Shown here one piece after another: positions 25,627 to 38,395 of a stretch of 64,000 bases of DNA. Made by a program: the position numbers and the translations under genes. This DNA comes from Octopus vulgaris (Eukaryota). The DNA is taken from the NCBI GenBank assembly GCA_951406725.2, contig OX597827.1, forward strand, positions 70,618,001-70,682,000, given 5' to 3'. Every line of letters starts with the position of its first letter. The stretch's first letter is position 1. The notes beneath the pieces are model-generated. The model made no database searches and was not told where the DNA came from. It worked only from the letters and a program-made list of their open reading frames with translations.

Positions 25627-26195
25627 ATATATGTTTATGTGCATCTATATATGTATATATATATATATATGTACATACATACATACATATATACTTATAT
25701 GTGTGTGTGTGTTTATATGTATTTACATGTGTGTATATATATGTATACATGAGTATGTATATATATATGAATATATGCATATGTGCATTTATATATGCAT
25801 ATATATGTACATACATATATACTTATATATGTGTGTGTGTTTATAATGTTCAAATACAGATATGTATATACACTCATGTACACATATACCTATATGTATA
25901 TATATATGTAAATATACCTGTATTTGTGTGTGTGTGTGTGTGTAGGCATGTTGATAGTTATGTATACCTGTTTGTATGTGATATTTAATTGTGGGAGAGC
26001 TACATAAGTTACTCAAAGGGTTACAGTTTTGTGTCAGTGCACTGAACAAACACAAGTTTAACAAGTACACTGGCACAAAATTGCAGACTCTAGGGTTACT
26101 TATGAAGTGTTATAACTAATAAATAATACATACATACATATATATATGTGCACATGTGCATGAGAGAGCATGTATGTGTACATCTGACCATGTGT

Positions 26196-26273
<78 letters not shown>

Positions 26274-26350
26274 TGCACATGTACATGAGAGTGTGTGTGT
26301 GTGTCTATGTACATCTGAGCATGTGTTATATATATGTATATATATATATG
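24760..26350. repeat. (GA)n and (TA)/(TG) low-complexity region
   Basis: Direct inspection. Confidence 0.85.
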
Positions 26351-26354
26351 CTAG

Positions 26355-26736
26355 CATCGCCTGGCCTCCGCTATAGCCACAAGGATGATGAAAAAAAGCT
26401 CTTCCTTCCCGTCTGAAGGAAGGAGGCATGACAATATTGACGATAGACTCGGCTGATAAACCGACTCGTCCCACACATGACAGCAGTTGTTCGACATAAG
26501 CCCACAGGTCGGAAATTGTTGGACATTGCACGAGTGTGTGCAGAACGGTTTCGTCTCTCTGACCGCATCTTGGACAGGTCAGCCCCGTGTTTCTCGAGCC
26601 GTGTCTGTAGAGCTTATCCCGAACGGGTAGCGCTTCTCGGTAGCACTGCCAGGCCAAGGATCTCTGAAAGTTGACCATTGGCCAAAAGTCTTCCTGAACA
26701 GGTGGGTCAGGTATTCCTCGTCGACGTCCAGGTTCG

Positions 26737-26737
<1 letters not shown>
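26355..26737 (-). mobile_element. L1/Tx1-like ORF2 C-terminal fragment
   Basis: [58 protein letters not shown] (CCHC); paralogous to 31800-32170. Confidence 0.85.
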
Positions 26738-26771
<34 letters not shown>

Positions 26772-27247
26772 AGAGAGTTTGTGAGTGAGAAAGAAGGAGA
26801 GTGAAGTTTTAGAGACACAAAACTAAAACGAAAACAAGAGGCGCAGTTCGAGATAAGTGAATGAACATAGGCAGAAAAGCGTAGATTACAGACAGACAAA
26901 GTCAGAGACAGAGATAGAAACAGACTGAGAGAGCGAGAGAAGGAGACAGACAGATTGATAAAAACGAAGGGAAAATCGCTGTCACAAGAGCGATAGAAAA
27001 GTGGGACTGAAAGTAGGAAAGTGAAAGAAAGAGTATGAGGGAGAGAGAAAGAGAGAGAGAGAGACGGGAAGAAAAGCTAGATATGAAAGAAGGATGTGTG
27101 AGAGTGAAAGAGAACTGCGGAAGAGTAAGCCCAGATAAAATAGTGTGTGAGAGAGGGGATGTAAGAGATAAAAGATGATAGGAACCACACTGGTTAGGAA
27201 GATTCAAATAGAGAGATAAATAGTGTCAGCTGAATCGTAGTTTAACC

Positions 27248-27905
27248 CAGTGCCTCTCAAACTATCTGATGTGGCATAGCGGCAGTTTTGTCTTTCCAAT
27301 GTGCCTGGGACCAATAATATTTCTTAGTAATATTAATTTATCCCGGAGACAATTATATAATCATCATCATCATCATCATCGTTTAACGTCCGTTCTCCAT
27401 GCTAGCATGGGTTGGACGGTTCGACCGGGGATCTGGGAAGCCAGAAGGCTGCACCAGGCTCCAGTCTTATCTGGCAATGTTTCTACAGCTGGATGCCCTT
27501 CCTAACGCCAACCACTCCGTGAGTGTAGTGGGTGCTTTTTACGTGCCACCTGCACAGGTGCCAGGCGAGGCTGGCAACGGCCACGGTCGGATTGGTGTAT
27601 TTTATGTGCCACCGGCACGGAAGCCAGTCGAAGCGGTGCTGGCATCTGCCACGAGTCGGATAGTGCTTTTTACGTACCACCAGACCAGGGATCCTGGCTG
27701 GTTCAATTCGATTTCGAATGGATGTAATAAAAGTTAAAAATTTTGTTTTATCTTATGTTTTATTTTGTAAACAAATAATACAATAGTACATAAGCATTTT
27801 ATAATCATGTTAAGTTTCTTTCTTTTCTGGAAACTCGCCACGTACAGGCAGCTGAAGGCTCGTGGACCGGCACCAGTCCGTAGACCACCTCCTTGAGGAG
27901 CACTG
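27248..27905. mobile_element. hAT-type non-autonomous element with perfect 8-bp TSD
   Basis: TIR CAGTGCCTCTCAA / TTGAGGAGCACTG; TSD GTTTAACC at 27240-27247 and 27906-27913. Confidence 0.9.
27360..27719 (-). mobile_element. Retroposon family C nested in the hAT element
   Basis: (CAT)n tail at 27360; longest family C copy in the window. Confidence 0.85.
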
Positions 27906-28574
27906 GTTTAACCCATTAACTGCGAAGTTCTTTTATTCATATTTTTTGACTTTGCCAGATGTCTTAGGAGTTAGAATAATATATATATTTAAATTTTCTT
28001 CATATGTGAAATATTTTGAAAATTATAATTTTTTCGAGAAGTCCCAAATGGGGATCGCTGAAAAAAAAGCATATTTATCCTTTTCTATTCAACTGAAATA
28101 ATAAACATTTTAGTTTTTTTTGAAACTATAGTATCAAATGTGAATGTGTATGAAATATCAATGAATGATATAGATAGCAAATGTAAAAACAAAAATCGTT
28201 TTCAAAACAGTCAATATTTTTGTAGATTTATGACAAACTTTAACTACTAAATATTGTTAAACACACATCTGCAAATGCAATATACATAAGCAATTCACTT
28301 TAAACACAACGAACAACCAGCAGTGAGACTGTTTTTAGCAGATCTCCAAATGGAGCTCTTGGTAGGCAATGTGTTAAATATCTATTATCAGTGTGTGTGT
28401 GTGTGTATATGCATGTGTGAGTGAATGTGTCATCATATAAAATCATACTGAAAAGATATAGAGCACTCAGTTATATTTGAAGGTTAATTTTATTTGTAAA
28501 TCTTTCACAAGGCTATCGCAAGCATCACCGGCGAAACTTCGAAATCCCAAAGATTAACTTTCTTTATATATGTG

Positions 28575-29950
28575 GGTAAAAAAAAAATTAATTTAAAAAA
28601 AATTTTTTAAATTAATACAAATAATTTTTTTAAACATTAATTAAAAAAATTAATTAAAAAAAATTAGTTAAAAAAAATTATTTTTTTAAATAATTGAAAA
28701 AATTAATTTTAAAAAATCGATAAAAAAAATAATTAAAAAAATTATAATTAAAATAAAAATAATTTTAAAAAATTGATGAAAAAAATTAACAAAAGAATTA
28801 AATTATAAAAAATGAATTAAAAAAAAATTATTCAAACAAAAACTAATTTTAAAAAATTAATTAGAAAATAAATTAATTTAAAAGCTTTTAAAAATTATTT
28901 AAAAAAATTCATTAAAAAACACTATTTAAAAAAAAATTATTAAAAAAAAATTTATTAAAAAAAATTGATTGAAAAAAATTGATTGAAAAAAATTATTGAA
29001 AAAAAATTAAGAAAAAAATTAAAAGAATTAATTTTAAAAAATTAAATAAAAAAAATTAATTTAAAACAAATTAATGAAAAAAATTATCTAAAACAAAATT
29101 ATTTGAAAAAAAAGTTAATTAATTAAAAAAAATTATTTAAAAGGAAATTTAAAAAATTAATTAATTAAAAATTATACAAAAAAATTTTTTTTAATTAACA
29201 AACAAATTAAATGAAAAAAAATTAATTAAAAAAAAATTAATAAAAAAAATTAATTAACAGAAAAATTTAATTAACAAAAAATTAATTGAAAAAACATTAA
29301 TTAAAAATAATTTAACAAAAAATTAAATAAAACAAATTAATCAAAAAAAATTACTTGAAAAAACTAATTAAAAAAAGTTATTAAAAAAAAATTAATTAAC
29401 AAAAAATTAATTAAAACAAAAAATTAGAAAAAAATTTTTTTTAAATTACCAAAAAAAACTAATAAAAAAAAATAAATTACAAAAAACAATTAAAAAAAAA
29501 TTAATTAAAAAAAGTTTTTCAAAAACAAATTAACAAAAAAAATTAATTAAAAGATATTAATTAAAAGAGAATTAATTAAGAATAAATTAATTTAAAAAAA
29601 TTTTATTAAAAAAAATATTAAAAAAATAATAAAAATATTGAAGAAATTTATTTTAAAAAAATTAATAAAAAAAGATTAATTACCAAAAAAAAATTATTTA
29701 AAAATCAAATTTAAAAAAATTAATCGAAAAAATTAATTTAAAAAAATTTTTAAAGAAAATTAATAACAATAATTTAATTAATTGAAAAAAACCTTAATTA
29801 AAAAAATTATTAAAAAAAAGATTAACTAAAACAAATTACTAGAAAAAAATTAATTAAAAATAAATTACTTAAAAGAAATTATTTAAAAAACAATAAACAA
29901 AAAAATTAATTAAAAAAAATTAGTAAAAAATATTAATTAAAAAAAATTCT
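28575..29950 (+). repeat. Extremely AT-rich, strand-biased A(n)TTAATT tract
   Basis: Degenerate short units such as AAAAAAAATTAATT with almost no G or C. Confidence 0.95.
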
Positions 29951-32210
29951 TAAAAGGGCAATTAGAGTAGAGTCGATTAGGTTTAACAAGGCATTAGCAG
30001 TAGAGAGAAATAGAATAGAGGAAGATTTAGTTAGGAAGTTAGATTGGCCATCGACTAATTTTTCGACGTCAAACACGATGGCTGCGTTCAAGGCACGTTC
30101 ACTGAGTGGGGAGGGAACGAACGTGTCACGATAGTCCCGTGTGGCGGAGGCGAAAAGTGGCAATAAAGCCACCATTCGGTCTTTGGTGGACCAGAGCGGA
30201 TGCGTGGTGTTTGAGCCGAAACAGATGTGTGTGGCTTTTCCACGGCACTTTGCTCGACTGTTCGGGACGAATGGTAGGACGGATAAAAAGGCAGACTTCG
30301 ATGTCCACCTGGACGGCCTGCCACGACTCTCGATGAGCGAAACGGAGTGCTGCGAAAGGCTGATAACAGCTGCGGAGATACAGGAAGTGATGAAGAGTTG
30401 CACGAGTTTGGATGGTCTGCCCTACGAGTTTTATACTTCGATGCCAGACTTGTTTGCGGGCCTCTTAGTAACCGTCTACTGCAACTGACAGCAAAATAGG
30501 AGAATTCCCACTTTTGTCTGTCGTGGGGTAGTGGCATTGCTGAGAAAGGACCCAAACAAGGGGGACATTATAAATAATTTCTGGCCATCACTCTGCTCCA
30601 TGCAGAGTTGAAGATTTTGGCCAAGGTGTTAGCCAAGAGGTTGGTGCTTGTGGACAAACTGGTTGGCGAGGCACAAACGTGCGCCTTCTCAACCAGGAGT
30701 GTTCACGATAACCTACATCTTCTGCGCTACATCATTAGAGAGGGTGGGTAACAAAGCTGGCATGGGTGGGGCTCTGATCAATCTAAAGCTTTGGGCGGCT
30801 GTCCTCAGGGCAGCCGGTTTCGGTTCAGTTTCCGTAGTTGGATCACTGCTTCGTACAGCAGCATCTACTCGGTTGTTCGGGTGAATGGTCACCTCGCGGA
30901 GCCATTCAGCATCTTGCGTTCTGTTCATCAAGTGTGCCCTCTCTCCTCCCCATCTCTATGCAGTGACTCTTGAACCATTACTGCGGAAGCTGGAAGCTTT
31001 GAGGAGTGTACCACATGATCTAGGATGTAGGAGAGGGGTGTCTGCTTACGCTGATGATGTCGCCGTCATAGTGTCGAACCACAGGCATATAGACCTGATT
31101 GGCGAAACACTACAAGAATATGAAGCGGTGACAGGAGCTAAAATTAACACGGAAATGTCAGTGGGCTTGCAATTCGGCACCTGGAGAGGCAAGCTCATGC
31201 CGTCCAACAGCGTGGTGGGGCACTGGACAGACGGTCCCATTAAGTTGCTCGGAGTTTGGTTTAGTCCGGTGTCCCAGATGTAGATGAACTGGGACGAGGT
31301 GACGAGCAGGGTAGCCAATCTCACCCAGAAATGGGCCGAGAGAAAGCTGTCTCTGAAAGGTCGAGTGGAGACGGCGAATGCGTACATCGCATCCATTATC
31401 TATTACCGCTTGACTGTCGTCCCTTGCCCTGTTTGCTAGTTAACCAAGCTGGTACTCTTACTCTTCCGATTTCTGAGGAAGGGGCACGTTCCACTGGTCA
31501 GGCGCTCCATCTACTATCAACAGTCGCTGAATGAAAGGCTGGGTAGGTTGCAGCATCTCCAGAGTTTCCTTAGCGGTGATCAGATGTGGTCCCCATTTGT
31601 AAGACACACTTTTCCACAGCTCGTCTCTTTGACTGAGTTGTAATCCTGGATTAGGCGTAGAGCGAGGAGAGCCGCTTGGCATCTTGAGTACCGTCAAGTG
31701 CTCACAGCCCACCGCCAGGCGGGCAACGGTCGTTGGTAATTCTAATCTAGCGTTCTTTAGTGGGCTTGTGGATGGAAAGTCCAACGACATCCTCAGGGAA
31801 AATCTGGATGTCGATGAAGATCAACTAACCGGTCTGTTTCGGAGAACATTCGGGCCTGGGGCTATGGATAACTTCCAGAAATCCCTTGCCCAGTAGTGTT
31901 ACCGAGGGGCGCTGCCTGTTCGAGATAAATTTTACAGGCACAGAAGTTCTGTCAGCCTGGCCTGCCCGAGGTGCGCTCAGAACGATGAAACCGTTCTACA
32001 CTCCCTAGTCTAGTGCCCGGGTATTGCTGGCCTGTGGGTTTATGTCAAATTCCTGCTGTCACGTGTAGGACGGATCCGGCTATCAGCTGAATACGTTGTT
32101 AAGATTGCCCCCCCCCGCCCTCTTTTGGCCGGGTGGGTAAGGCAATTTTTATTTGTCTAGTGGCTGTAGCGAAAGAGGTTGTATGGTGGACCCGTTTGAA
32201 AGGGCAAAAG
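29951..32210 (+). pseudogene. L1/Tx1-like LINE ORF2 (reverse transcriptase) pseudogene, truncated at both ends
   Basis: SLDGLPYEFY, VALLRKDPNKG, KILAKVLAKRL, RSVHQVCPLS, LYAVTLEPLLRKL, YADD, LSLKGRVETANAYIAS, CPRCAQNDETVLH; many stops and frameshifts. Confidence 0.92.
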
Positions 32211-32426
32211 ACACACATATATATATATACATAAAATGAGGATAAAAATTATGTTAATGACTATTATCAGCACACACAGAGGATCTAGTTAAACTGATTC
32301 ACAAAATCTGCATTTTTTTAAAAGAAGGTGAAATATCTGAAAATCGGCTTTATTAATGTAGTTTTCCACTCTTATTGCTATGAACATTGCTATATGTTGT
32401 GAAGAAAAAATTGGCAGAAAAGTTAC

Positions 32427-32826
32427 GTGTGGTAAGTAGCTTGTTTACCAACCACATGGTTCCGAGTTCAGTCATACTGCGTGGCACCTTGGGCAAGTGT
32501 CTTCTGCTATAGCCCCGGGCCGACCAATGCCTTGTGAGTGGATTTGGTAGACGGAAACTGAAAGAAGCCTGTCGTATATATGTATATATATATTATATAT
32601 ATATATATATATATGTGTTTGTGTGTCTGTGTTTGTCCCCCTAGCATTGCTTGACAACCGATGCTGGTGTGTTTACGTCCCCGTTACTTAGCGGTTCGGC
32701 AAAAATAGACTGATAGAATAAGTACTGGGCTTATAAAAGAATAAGTCCCGGGGTCGATTTGCTCGACTAAAGGCGGTGCTAGAGCATGGCCGCAGTCAAG
32801 TGACTGAAACAAGTAAAAAAGTAAAA
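32427..32826 (+). mobile_element. SINE family A
   Basis: Head slightly clipped; full tail. Confidence 0.9.
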
Positions 32827-33171
32827 AAAAAAGATTTAAAAATCGAACCAACTGTGTGTGTGTATTTTTAGCCAATAGCGAGACAGAAATTTTCTGCGTT
32901 TAGCGGCGTCAACTTTAAAGTTGTATCATGTGAAATTTATAGTTTAGCATCTATTCATTGTAGAAATACCCAATAAAAAACAGAAATACCTAAGAAATCA
33001 ACATATATCACCTTACTGTTCCTTTTGTCTTTTCATTGGTTTTTATAGTGTTTTGTATGCTTTTATTAATTTTTTAAAATTTGTGATATTAATAATTTAT
33101 TAATTTTATATATCATGCATATTTCAGTAATATGTCATGTATTTGTGTACATCATTAATATATAAGTGGAT

Positions 33172-33270
33172 GTGGATGTCAGGAATGGAATGTCAGGAAT
33201 CTATGGAATGCCAGGAATATCGGGAATGTCATGAATTGGAATGTCTGGAATTTCATAAATGTCTGGAATG
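33172..33270. repeat. 9-bp GGAATGTCA tandem repeat
   Basis: About 10 degenerate copies leading into the minisatellite. Confidence 0.8.
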
Positions 33271-36200
33271 ACTGTCGGCACTCCTTTGATCTCTGTCGGC
33301 AAACACTTTGATCTCTGTCGGCATTCCTCATTGATCTCTGTCGGCAACCTCTTTGATATCTGTCGGCACTCCTCATTGATCTCTGTCGGCACTCCTCTTT
33401 GATCTCTGCCGACAACCTTCTGTACTCATCTTTGATCTCTGTCGGCACCCTCTTTGATCTCTGTCGGCACACTCTTTGATATCTGTCGACACTCCTCTTT
33501 GACCTCTGACGGCACTCCTCTTTGATCTCTGTCGACACTCCTCTTTGATCTCTGTAGACACTCCTCTTTCATCTCTGTCGGCACCCTCTTCGATATCTCT
33601 CGGCACTCTTCTTTGATATCTGTCAGAAGTCCTCTTTGATCTCTGTCGACACTACTCTTTGATCTCTGTCGGCACCCTCTTTGATCTCTGTCGGCACCAT
33701 CTTTGATGTCTGTCGGCACTCTGTTTGATCTATGTCGACACCCTCTTTGATCTCTGTCGACACCCTCTTTGATCTCTGTCGGCACTCCTCTTTGATCTCT
33801 GTCGGCACCCTCTTTGATCTCTGTCGGCACCCTATTTGATCTCTGTCGGCAGCCTCTTTGATCTCTGTCGGCACTCCACTTTGACCTCTATCGGTACTCC
33901 TCTTTGATCTCTGGCGGCACTCCTCTTTAATCTCTGTCGGCACTCCTCTTTAATCTCTGTCGACACCCCCTTTAATCTCTGTCGACACCCCCTTTGATCT
34001 CTGTCGGCACCCTCTATGATCTCTGTCGGTACCCTCTTTGATCTCTGTCGGCACCCTCTTTGATCTCTGTCGGCACCCTCTTTGATCTCTGTCGGCACAC
34101 TTTGATCTCTGTCGGCACACTTCCTTGATCTCTGTCGGCACACTTCTTTGATCTCTGTCGGCACCCTCTTTGATCTCTGTCGGCACCCTCTTTGATCTCT
34201 GTCGACACCCTCTTTGATCTCTGTCGGTACCCTCTTTGATCTCTGTTGGCACCCTCTTTGATCTCTGTCGGCACACTTCTTTGATCTTTGTCGGCACCCT
34301 CTTTGATCTCTGTCGACACCCTCTTTGATCTCTGTCGGCACTCCTCTTTGATCTCTATCGGCACTCCTCTTTGATTTCTGTCGGCACCCTCTTTGATCTC
34401 TGTCGGCACTCCTCTTTGATCTCTGTCGGCACCCTATTTGATCTCTATCGGCAGCCTCTTTCATCTCTGTCGACACCCCCTTTAATCTCTGTCGACACCC
34501 CCTTTGATCTCTGTCGGCACCCTCTATGATCTCTGTCGGTACCCTCTTTGATCTCTGTCGACACCCTCTTTGATCTCTGTCGGCACACTTCTTTGATCTC
34601 TGTCGGCACCCTATTTGATCTCTATCGGCAGCCTCTTTCATCTCTGTCGACACCCCCTTTAATCTCTGTCGACACCCCCTTTAATCTCTGTCGGCACCCT
34701 CTATGATCTCTGTCGGTACCCTCTTTGATCTCTGTCGGCACCCTCTTTGATCTCTGTCGGCACACTTCTTTGATCTCTGTCGGCACACTTCTTTGATCTC
34801 TGTCGGCACACTTCTTTGATCTCTGTCGGCACCCTCTTTGATCTCTGTCGACACACTCTTTGATCTCTGTCGGCACTCCTCTTAGATCTCTGTCGGCACT
34901 CCTCTTTGATTTCTGTCGACACCCTCTTTGATCTCTGTCGGTACCCTCTTTGATCTCTGTCGGCACTCTTCTTTGATCTCTGTCGGCACCCTCGTTGATC
35001 TCTGTCGGCACCCTCGTTGATCTCTGTCGACACCCTCTTTGATCTCTGTCGGTACCCTCTTTGATCTGTCAGCACCCTCTTTGATCTCTGTCGGCACTCT
35101 TCTTTGATCTTTGTCGGTACTCTTCTTTGATCTCTGTCGGCACCCTATTTGATCTCTGTCGGCAGCCTCTTTGATCTCTGTCGGCACACCTCTTTGATCT
35201 CTGGCGGCACTCCTCTTTGATCTCTGTCGACACCCTCTTTGATCTCTGTCGGCACTCCTCTTTCATCTCTGTCGACACCCCCTTTGATCTCTGTCGGCAC
35301 CCTCTATGATCTCTGTCGGTACCCTCTTTGATATCTGTCGGCACTCTCTTTGATCTCTGTCGGCACACTTGTTTGATCTCTGTCGGCACCCTCTTTGATC
35401 TCTGTCGACACCCTCTTTGATCTCTGTCGGCACTCTTCTTTGATCTCTGTCGGCACCCTCTTTGATCTCTGTCGACACTCTTCTTTGATCTTTGTCGGTA
35501 CTCTTCTTTGATCTCTGTCGACACCCTCTTTGATCTCTGTCGGCACCCTCTTTTATCTCTGTCGGCACTCCTCTTTCATCTCTGTCGACACCCCCTTTGA
35601 TCTCTGTCGGCACCCTCTATGATCTCTGTCGGTACCCTCTTTGATCTCTGTCGGCACTCTCTTTGATCTCTGTCGGCACACTTCTTTGATCTATGTCGGC
35701 ACCCTCTTTGATCTCTGTCGACACCCTCTTTGATCTCTGTCGGCACTCTTCTTTGATCTATGTCGGCACCCTCTTTGATCTCTGGCGGCACTCCTCTTTG
35801 ATCTTTGTCGGTACTCTTCTTTGATCTCTGTCGGCACACTTCTTTGATCTCTGTCGGCACCCTCTTTGATCTCTGTCGACACCTTCTTTGATCTCTGTCG
35901 ACACCCTCTTTGATCTCTGTCGGCACTCTTCTTTGATCTCTGTCGGCACCCTCTTTGATCTCTGTCGACACTCCTCTTTGATCTCTGTCGGCACTCCTCT
36001 TTGATCTCTGTCGGCACCCTGTTTGATCTATGTCGACACCCTATTTGATCTCTGTCGACACCCTCTTTGATCTCTGTCGGCACCCTATTTGATCTATGTC
36101 GACACCCTATTTGATCTCAGTAGACACCCTCTTTGATCTCTGTCGGCACTCCTCTTTGATATATGTCGGCACTCTGTTTGATCTATGTCGACACCCTCTT

Positions 36201-37636
36201 TGATCTCTGTCGGCACCCTCTATGATCTCTGGCGGTACCCTCTTTCATCTCTGTCGACACCCCCTTTAATCTCTGTCGGCACCCTCTATGATCTCTGGCG
36301 GTACCCTCTTTGATCTCTGTCGGCACCTCTTTGATCTCTGTCGGCACACTTTGATCTCTGTCGGCACCCTCTTTGATCTCTGTCGGCACTCCTCTTTGAT
36401 CTCTGTCGACACCCTCTTTGATCTATGTCGACACCCTCTTTGATCTATGTCGGCACTCCTCTTTGATCTCTGTCGACACCCTCTTTGATCTCTGTCGGCA
36501 CCCTCTTTGATCTCTGTCGGTACCCTGTTTGATCTCTGTCGGCACTCCTCTTTGATCTATGTCGGTACCATCTTTGATCCCTGTCTGCACCATCTTTGAT
36601 GTCTGTCGGCACTCTGTTTGATCTATGTCGACACCCTCTTTGATCTCTGTCAACACCCTCTTTGATCTCTGTCGGCAGCCTCTTTGATCTCTGTCGGCAC
36701 TCCACTTTGACCTCTATCGGTACTCCTCTTTGATCTCTGTCGGCACACCTCTTTGATCTCTGGCGGCACTCCTCTTTGATCTCTGTCGACACCCTCTTTG
36801 ATCTATGTCGGCACTCATCTTTCATCTCTGTCAACACCCCCTTTAATCTCTGTCGACACCCCCTTTGATCTCTGTCGGCACCCTCTATGATCTCTGTCGG
36901 CACCCTCTTTGATCTCTGTTTGCACCCTCTTTGATCTCTGTCGGCGCCCTCTTTGATCTCTGTCGGCACACTTCTTTGATCTCTGTCGGCACCCTCTTTG
37001 ATCTCTGTCGGCACTCCTCTTTGATCTCTGTCGGCACTCCTCTTTGATCTCTGTCGACACCCTCTTTGATCTCTGTCGGTACCCTCTTTGATCTCTGTCG
37101 GCACCCTCTTTGATCTCTGTCGGCACCCTCTTTGATCTATGTCGGCACCCTTCTTTGATCTCTGTCGGCACCCTCTTTGATCTCTGTCGACACTCCTCTT
37201 TGATTTGTGTCGGTACTCTTCTTTGATATCTGCCGGTACCTTCTTTGATCTCTGTCGGCACCCTCTTTGATCTCTGTCGGCACTCCTCTTTGATATCTGT
37301 CGGCACTCCTCTTTGATCTCTGTCGGCACCCTGTTTGATCTATGTCGACACTCTATTTGATCTCTGTCGACAGACTCTTTGATCTCTGTCGGCACACCTC
37401 TTTGATCTCTGTCGGTACTCCTCTTTGATCTCTGTCGGCACCCTGTTTGATCTATGTCGACACCCTATTTGATCTCTGTCGGCACTCCTCTTTGATCTCT
37501 GCCGATACTCCTCTTTGATCTCTGTCGGCACTCCTCTTTGATATATGTCGGCACTCTGTTTGATCTATGTCGACACCCTCTTTGATCTCTGTCGACACCC
37601 TCTTTGATCTCTGTCGGTACTCCTCTTTGATCTCTA
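33271..37636. repeat. 4.4 kb minisatellite, 21-22 bp unit CTCTTTGATCTCTGTCGGCAC(C/TC)
   Basis: About 200 contiguous units with recurrent variants (GTCGAC, GGTACC, CTATGT, TTTAATC). Confidence 0.98.
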
Positions 37637-38395
37637 ATTAAAATTAAAACTAATTAAAAGAAAAAGTTGATTTTAAAACATTACTTACAAGAAAAAATTA
37701 AAAAAATTATTTTTGATGAAAATTAATTAAAAAAATTAATCAAAAAAAATTAATTAAAAAATTAATTGAAGACAAAATTAATTAACAAAAAATTTATTTA
37801 AAAATTTAATCAAAAAGAATTAATATAAAAAAATTAATTAACAAAAAATTAATCAAAAAAAAAATTAACAAAAAAATCAATTTAAAAATAATTTAAAATA
37901 TTTAACTGCCAAAAAAACTAATTGAAAAACAAATTTTTAGAAAATTAAAAAAAAATTAATTGCCAAAAAAAATTAATTTAAAAAAATTAATTAAAAACAA
38001 TTTTTTTATAATTTTTAAAAATACTTAATTAAAACGAAATTTTTTTTTAAATTGAAAATAAAAATATTTTTTAAAATATTCATTTAAAAAAATTTTTTTA
38101 AATTAAAGAAAATTAAGAAAATAATTAAAAAATAATAATTAAAATATATTAATTAAAAAAAAATAATCAAAAAAAATTAATTAAAAGAAAAAATTAATTA
38201 AAAAGAATTAATTTTAAAAAATTAATGCTAAAAAAAATTAAGAAAAAACTTAATTTAAAAATAATTAATTAAAAAAAAATAATTAAAAAAATTAACTGCC
38301 CAAAAAAGTAATTGAAAAACAAATTTTAAAAAAATTATTAAAAAAAAATTAATTGCCAAAAAAAATTAATTTAAAAAAAAATTATTTGTAAAAAA
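37637..38395 (+). repeat. Second A(n)TTAATT tract
   Basis: Same character and strand as 28575-29950; a reverse-complement (T-rich) version lies at ~39000-39465. Confidence 0.95.

Noticed and set aside
33179-37531. Dozens of PTEIKE/CRQRSKR/ADRDQRG ORFs, and a CRISPR-like appearance
   Set aside because: Contiguous tandem units with no unique spacers; mixed 21- and 22-bp units shift the frame constantly; eukaryotic context with no cas genes
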